Part shown: positions 52,724 to 57,905 of the stretch, piece by piece
How positions within the stretch are numbered: position 1 is the stretch's first letter
Layout of the letters: each line of letters begins with the position of its first letter
Source: Pseudomonadota bacterium
GTDB lineage: Bacteria > Pseudomonadota > Alphaproteobacteria > Ferrovibrionales > Ferrovibrionaceae
Assembly (NCBI GenBank): GCA_023433835.1
Contig: JAEYTW010000741.1
Span: 1-57,905 of the forward strand
DNA: 57,905 nt
Direction of reading: 5' to 3'
The notes under the pieces: generated by a model
Databases searched by the model: none
Seen by the model: the letters and a program-made list of their open reading frames with translations, nothing else
What the model was told of the DNA's origin: nothing
Position numbers and translations under genes: made by a program

Positions 52724-55097
52724 GTCGACGGCCCCTCCCAGAAGACGGCCCGCTGCGTTTCGCCCCCGAGCCGGATGCCTTCGGGGCCAACTTCGCGATT
52801 TCCGCCGAGAGCACCTGCGCCGACGTCAACGCCTCGTCAGGCAGCGTCACGCCGGCGGCCGCGGCGAGGGATTTGGCATAGGCGATTTGCTTTTCGCTTG
52901 GTGCAGCGGCTGCCCAGATTTCGCGGGCTCGGGACATATGCTCGTCGATCCAGGCCCCGAGGTCGGCACGAGACGCCAGCGCCGTATCCGGTATGGGCAA
53001 TCCTATCGCTCGCGAGACCGATTCGGCTGTCTTTCGCTGGTCGACAGTCACCTGGCCGGCGGTCGCCGCAGCCGCGGCAGCCTCCGGGCCAAATGCAGAT
53101 GGATCTAGCATCGGCGCCGCTGCGAACCTCGTCCTGATTTTGTTGATCCAGGATTCGACTTTACCGACGTAGCCGTCGATCGTCTGTTTCCCTGTCCGCA
53201 CCGCTCGCGCCTCGAGCTCGATCACAGCTGACAGAACCGGGTCTACCAGCTCCGGTGCATGCTGCTCGAACGCTTCGACTTGCGTCAGTCCGATCGTGGT
53301 GATGTCGATCCGCCCTTTTTTGTCGGAACTAATCATGTGGGTTTCGATCAGTTCGGTCACAAGCCCGGGCTGTGATGCCTGGGTGCCTATGCCGCCGACT
53401 TCGGCCAGCACCCTGGCTGAGCGTTGATCGGTGGCCTGTAGCTCGCGGTGCACGCTGCTCATCGCCTCGATCAGCGTTGCTGCGGTATACGGCTTCGGGG
53501 GTTCAGTCTTGCCTTCCTTGATGGTGGCAGAAGTCGTGTGCGCGCGTCCGCCGGCGGCGGCGAAGCCCGCGAGTTGAGCCTGCCGATCTCCAACGTCTTG
53601 CTCCACCTGGTCGTCATCGCCGACAAGCGATGACGCTGCGGCAGTCCAGCCGGCATCCTTGATCAGTTCAGTCCGCGCACGGAAAACCCGTTCGATCCCG
53701 TCGACGATGATCGGCACCTCGATCAGGATCTCGTCGTAGACTTGGTCGGGCCAGAACTGCAGCAGGTAGCGCTCCGCTGCTTCTCTAAACACGTCCCGCT
53801 CAAGCGGCCCTGCCTCGCGCAGGCGTTCGGCGTAATTGCCGGCCGACTTCGGGTTCGGCACGATTGCGTCATGGGATGCTTTGGCCAGATCCGCGTCGCT
53901 GAATGTTTGTCCCTTGCCACGGCGAATGACCGGCAGACCAGATGGCACGAGCCGAGCTAGCCCTTCAACATCCTTCAGAGCTGCAAGGACCTGCGGTACA
54001 TGCTCGATCGCACTTTCAGCCAGGCAGGTGCCTGAGCTTCGGGGATAGGTGAGGATCCCGAGCGGGCTATAGCAATTGTTCCTGGCAGTCTCTGCTTGAG
54101 CCAGCGACACCCGAGAGCGGCGTGTGATCGCCGCGACAAGTGCTGATCCCGAGAACAGCTTGGGTGGAGGTCTTCTTTTTTCCGTCCTCGATATGCGGGC
54201 ATGCCCTTCCCAGTTTGCAGCCGCATGTCTCACCTTCTCGGCGAGTTCAGCATTGAAAATTCTCAAGTCACCGCTCGGCGCGTGCTCAACGAGGATGGCT
54301 CCCGAGGTGGCGCCGCCGGCCGCAATCACCATCTGAACCGTGAAGAATTTTTGCGGTCGGAAATCTCTGATTTCCCGATGTCGACGGGCAACCAGCCATT
54401 GCACGACACATTTGACGCGACCGACGCGAAACGTGATGCCCCGCATGGCGGACGGAACGAACGTCTGCTGCGCGGCGGCAGACAGCAACATGCCGATCTT
54501 CCAATCCGCCTCCGCGCGCGCTCGAGCAGCAAGCGCCCGCGGCCTCGTCTTGTCCCCGGCAACCGGATTGCGGACTGCTGTCGCGATAGACTTCGGATCG
54601 ACGGCGACGAAGACGGCCCTCTGGACCGGTCCTTTGAACTGAAGGTGTTCAACGAGGTCCCAGCCGATCGCCTCGCCCTCGTCGTCATCATCGGTGGCGA
54701 TGATGATGCTGTCGGCGCGCTTCACGAGGTCCTTGAGCACGCCGAACTGCCGCCTGGCATTCGCTTCGGTACGAGGTTTGGCCACGAGGCGCCTGCCAAA
54801 GACCGCGTCGGTAAATTGAGCCAACGCGTCAGCGCTTCGCCAGTGCAGATATTCCAATGCAGCCCGGTCTGCGGCGACTGTTTTGGCCGCTGGCACGTCC
54901 GCCAGGTAGGTGGCTGGCGGTGGCAGTTCGAGCATGTGGCCGTATGCCCAGGTCACGACCAGGCCGGCGGGACAAGATATCGATCCCTGCCGCCGCTCGG
55001 ACCTTGCGCGCATCGCGGGCACGCCAAGGCCGATCGCCCCGATCTCGCCGGCGTCCGGCTTCTCGAAAAGGACCAAGGTTGGTATACGATCGGCCAT
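52716..55097 (-). CDS. topB: type IA DNA topoisomerase (topoisomerase III-like, plasmid TraE/TopB type)
   Basis: 793 aa. N-terminal Toprim (LVLFEKPDAG...WAYGHMLEL; IIIATDDDDEGEAIGW). Active-site context GILTYPRSSG. C-terminal basic tail. Confidence 0.85.
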   Translation of the reverse strand: MADRIPTLVLFEKPDAGEIGAIGLGVPAMRARSERRQGSISCPAGLVVTWAYGHMLELPPPATYLADVPAAKTVAADRAALEYLHWRSADALAQFTDAVFGRRLVAKPRTEANARRQFGVLKDLVKRADSIIIATDDDDEGEAIGWDLVEHLQFKGPVQRAVFVAVDPKSIATAVRNPVAGDKTRPRALAARARAEADWKIGMLLSAAAQQTFVPSAMRGITFRVGRVKCVVQWLVARRHREIRDFRPQKFFTVQMVIAAGGATSGAILVEHAPSGDLRIFNAELAEKVRHAAANWEGHARISRTEKRRPPPKLFSGSALVAAITRRSRVSLAQAETARNNCYSPLGILTYPRSSGTCLAESAIEHVPQVLAALKDVEGLARLVPSGLPVIRRGKGQTFSDADLAKASHDAIVPNPKSAGNYAERLREAGPLERDVFREAAERYLLQFWPDQVYDEILIEVPIIVDGIERVFRARTELIKDAGWTAAASSLVGDDDQVEQDVGDRQAQLAGFAAAGGRAHTTSATIKEGKTEPPKPYTAATLIEAMSSVHRELQATDQRSARVLAEVGGIGTQASQPGLVTELIETHMISSDKKGRIDITTIGLTQVEAFEQHAPELVDPVLSAVIELEARAVRTGKQTIDGYVGKVESWINKIRTRFAAAPMLDPSAFGPEAAAAAATAGQVTVDQRKTAESVSRAIGLPIPDTALASRADLGAWIDEHMSRAREIWAAAAPSEKQIAYAKSLAAAAGVTLPDEALTSAQVLSAEIAKLAPKASGSGAKRSGPSSGRGRRRG

Positions 55098-55109
55098 TTT
55101 CTGGACCTA

Positions 55110-57905
55110 TCAACGAGAGAAGTCGGAACCCTTGTCCCGGCCCTTGCCGGCCGGATCCTGGATCATGCCGCGCTGCTTGCGCTGCTCTTCCAGCACCTCG
55201 AGACCGTTCCAAATTCTCTGGGCAGCATCGGGGTTAGAATCGCGCTGATCGACCATCGCCTGCAGCGTCTCGGCGTACATCGTTTGGATGTCGCGATCCG
55301 ACCGCTGAGATAGGGCCTGGCTTGTTTTGAGCTTTTCGTCGTCGGTGATGCTCAGTGCGCCGATCGGCATTTTCTCGGCTGCCTTCGAGATCTCGACCTG
55401 GGCTGAAATGACTCTTGCCACGTCGGCCGAGGTGGGCAGGCGATCTTGCGTCAGCGGTAGCGGCTTGGCGTCGATCACCGCCAACGGCCCGATCGGCCGC
55501 CGGTCTTCGCGGACGGCAAAGACGACGAGGCCCCGACCTTCACGAGCGGGAACAACGTTCCCAACCCACTTGCTCTTTCCCGAACCGTCGCGCTCGCTGG
55601 TGTCGTAGACGAAGTAGTTGCCCGCCTTTTCGCGATGCGGCAGGACTCGGAAGCGATCGGTGCTCGCGGGCGGCGCCTGGTTGGCCTGCTCGTGGCTTTC
55701 TTTGGTCGGGCCGACGGCGATCTCCGGGGCTCGGGGTGATGCCGCACGGCCGGCACTGGTTGCCTGGGCGGCAATCAGCTGCCGGCGGAATCCGGAGGGA
55801 CCGTCCGCCATGTCGAACGGACGGTTCTCGAGCGCCTGCAGCGGACTTGCGCCGAGGCTTGCCGGAATGTGCATGTAGTGCTTGTCGCCCCCCTTGGAGT
55901 CGGGGTCGAGATAGGCAACGGTCGCCGGCGCCATCTTCTTCTTGCCGTCGCTGGTCTCGATCTGCGCGAGGGTATTGCGGTCGACCACCGCATAGTGCCC
56001 CGGCTTGCCGCGCATCTCTTGGGCGACGAACCGTTCCTGACGCAATTCGTTTGCCACGGCGCGCTGGCCGACCCTGTCGAGAGCCTTGGCGGCCAACTCG
56101 ACCGCTATAGGTTCGCGCGGGTCGATGATCGCATTGTTGATGGCGGCGAGCGGCCCATGCCCCCGGCTCAACTTCCCGTCCGTGAGCCCAACGGCCCCCA
56201 GCTGCCACTGTCCCTCCCGTCCGGCGGCCTGGTTGACGAAAGCGACCAGCGTAGGTTTCCCCTTATCGTCGAGAACGGACTGGTCGAAAATGCGATACGC
56301 CTGCTTGTTGTCGGGGCCGTCGATGCTGAAGCGCCGGGTGGAATCCAGGCTCGCCAGCTCAGCGGTCTCCGTCAGCGCATTGGGGTTTGTCGTCATCGCC
56401 CAAACTTTGGCCCGGGTGTCGAACTTTGCCCCCATCTCGCGTAGCTCGGCCGTGAAAGACCTGGTCTCGCCGGCGATGACGAACTCGCGGCGCATCCGGG
56501 TTTCTCCCGCCGGCGCGTAGGGATCTTGCACCTCTCGCTGCGTCACCGTGAGCTTGCCGCCGGCGATTGCTTCTTCAATCTTCGCTGCGGTGGCCAGCAG
56601 GCCCTGCTGGCGCTCATCCTCGATGTCAGGCTGGTTGTCGATCGTCGGGGCCGGCCTGGCCGCTGACTGCTCGGCTTTGTGTTGCCTTGACGCATCTGCG
56701 GCCGGCAAAGCGACGCCCTCGGTCAAAACTTTCGGATCAGTTTGGCGGGCATCGGACATGACATTCGAGGCAATGCCTTGCGCAAGCCGCGCAGCTTTTT
56801 CCGTCGCATAGGCGGCCGCTTCCTGCGCGGCCTGATCTTTCATATCGGGTGTGAGCCAACGGCCGGCCTGGGCCCGGACCTGGTCCGGCGCGCCGGGCGG
56901 CAAAAACCACTGGCCGGCGCCCGCGTCGAATTTCACGCCAGGAAGTTCGGCTTTTGCCTCATCCTTCAGCGAGATCGGAACGTGCAGGTAGAATCGACCA
57001 GCCTTCTCAAGGGCTGCGGCGGCTTCCGCTGCCTTTCCTCGCTCGGACTGGGCCCCGTACCGAGCCTCAAGGTTCACAGCGTTTGGGTGGTCGCGATCGA
57101 CCCGCCAGCCATGGTTGTAGGAGAGCCCGTCGAATTCCGGTGCCGCCGCGGCGCGCGCTTCTTTTGAGGCTCGCGCCTCGGCCACCGTGAACCCGGGCAG
57201 TTCGATCATTTCCTTCATGGCTTTCCCTCTCAGGTCCAGTTCGCCAGCAGCTTCGAGCGCGGCCGCCGTCCGCGTACTATCGTAATTGTAGTTTTGATCG
57301 ACAAGTTTTTCGCCTATATCGGCGAAGATCGCTTGCGCTGCCACCAAACGCCGATGATCTGGTACGAGCTCGGCCAGTCGCATTTCGAGCTCAGCAATCC
57401 GACGCTGCAGCGCCTCCAGTTCGAGATCGCGCGACGCCCCGATCGCAGCCTGCTCTTGGCGTCCGTGACCCTGATCGGCAAGCTTCGGCCCGATAGCCGC
57501 TTGGATGCCTGATGTCGGGTCCGCGTCGAACGCCCAGGCCTGCAGGGGCCGCTGCCAGCGGCCTCCCAGGGCGCGAAGCGCTTCCCGGTGGGCATAGGTA
57601 TTGCCTCGCACATGCCACGCCTCGAACGGCCCATCGGCGCCGAGCACCTGATGGCGATCGACCCGCAGACCAGCGCGGTCGAGCACCGAGATCGACCCTG
57701 ACCCTCGAGTATCGCCCACAGGATCAACCGCGTGACCTGAATTGGCCAATGGCCGCTCGGGGACCGCTTCGGTCTGCCTCGCCGTCGACAGCGAGTCGAC
57801 CGCAGTCGCGAGGCCGCGATCGCCCGTGAAGCCTGCCTGCTGTCCGGCCGGGCGATCACCGAGGTCACCCGGGAGCCCGGGAGACCGGCCGGGGCCCGGC
57901 CGGGG
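55110..57905 (-). CDS. large multi-module plasmid protein, 5' end probably outside the window
   Basis: The track gives 55110..57749 from a TTG, but hand translation shows the frame stays open through the remaining 52 codons to nt 57905. The first ATG is about 178 codons in. Contains short WxVxG..LRxxGxxW modules, a DUF5710-like module (FYLHVPISLKDEAKAELPGVKFDAGAGQWFLPPGAP) and three Y-x-[VI]-x-D repeats. No enzymatic motif recognised. Confidence 0.6.
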   Translation of the reverse strand, partial: PRPGPGRSPGLPGDLGDRPAGQQAGFTGDRGLATAVDSLSTARQTEAVPERPLANSGHAVDPVGDTRGSGSISVLDRAGLRVDRHQVLGADGPFEAWHVRGNTYAHREALRALGGRWQRPLQAWAFDADPTSGIQAAIGPKLADQGHGRQEQAAIGASRDLELEALQRRIAELEMRLAELVPDHRRLVAAQAIFADIGEKLVDQNYNYDSTRTAAALEAAGELDLRGKAMKEMIELPGFTVAEARASKEARAAAAPEFDGLSYNHGWRVDRDHPNAVNLEARYGAQSERGKAAEAAAALEKAGRFYLHVPISLKDEAKAELPGVKFDAGAGQWFLPPGAPDQVRAQAGRWLTPDMKDQAAQEAAAYATEKAARLAQGIASNVMSDARQTDPKVLTEGVALPAADASRQHKAEQSAARPAPTIDNQPDIEDERQQGLLATAAKIEEAIAGGKLTVTQREVQDPYAPAGETRMRREFVIAGETRSFTAELREMGAKFDTRAKVWAMTTNPNALTETAELASLDSTRRFSIDGPDNKQAYRIFDQSVLDDKGKPTLVAFVNQAAGREGQWQLGAVGLTDGKLSRGHGPLAAINNAIIDPREPIAVELAAKALDRVGQRAVANELRQERFVAQEMRGKPGHYAVVDRNTLAQIETSDGKKKMAPATVAYLDPDSKGGDKHYMHIPASLGASPLQALENRPFDMADGPSGFRRQLIAAQATSAGRAASPRAPEIAVGPTKESHEQANQAPPASTDRFRVLPHREKAGNYFVYDTSERDGSGKSKWVGNVVPAREGRGLVVFAVREDRRPIGPLAVIDAKPLPLTQDRLPTSADVARVISAQVEISKAAEKMPIGALSITDDEKLKTSQALSQRSDRDIQTMYAETLQAMVDQRDSNPDAAQRIWNGLEVLEEQRKQRGMIQDPAGKGRDKGSDFSR

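Overview
This is a high-GC (about 65%) segment of a conjugative plasmid or ICE. The host looks alphaproteobacterial, based on a Ros/MucR regulator and a GTTC-N7-GTTC SOS box. All family calls come from motifs and gene order read by eye; no database search was possible. No rRNA, tRNA, CRISPR array or IS element was recognised.

Contents, left to right:
(1) A VirB-type (MPF_T-like) T4SS core operon on the minus strand: virB2-B3-B4-lipoprotein-B8-B9, plus an edge-truncated gene.
(2) Two unknown genes and a MobA/MobL-type relaxase.
(3) A plus-strand operon with an AT-hook protein, a small membrane protein, VirB6/TrbL, three tandem secreted helical proteins (the first VirB5/TrbJ-like) and a Pro-rich membrane protein. 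A convergent VirB1-like lytic transglycosylase follows.
(4) mobC plus a second relaxase with an HxDx..HxH motif.
(5) An SSB-like gene and a TPR / PAS histidine kinase / receiver module.
(6) A maintenance block: SprT-like protease, a Ros/MucR variant lacking zinc ligands, umuDC with an SOS box, Nuc (PLD) endonuclease, a 5'-truncated ATP-dependent ligase, XRE regulators and a large secreted repeat protein.
(7) A complete R64-like type IVb thin-pilus operon in pilL-N-O-P-Q-R-S order, plus a PilT-like ATPase, pilM and pilV.
(8) A LysM protein, an XRE regulator, topoisomerase III and a large repeat protein that is open at the right edge.

Most notable: the PilV-like adhesin gene ends in a shufflon-like multiple-inversion region. 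It has three 19-bp repeats and three alternative C-terminal cassettes, and it sits next to an Rci-like tyrosine recombinase.

A second signal is a palindromic core, TGTAATTACA, seen at least four times. Each copy lies in an AT-rich gap: in front of the MobA/MobL-type relaxase gene, in front of the virB6 operon, in the gap upstream of mobC and the second relaxase, and in front of the shufflon recombinase.
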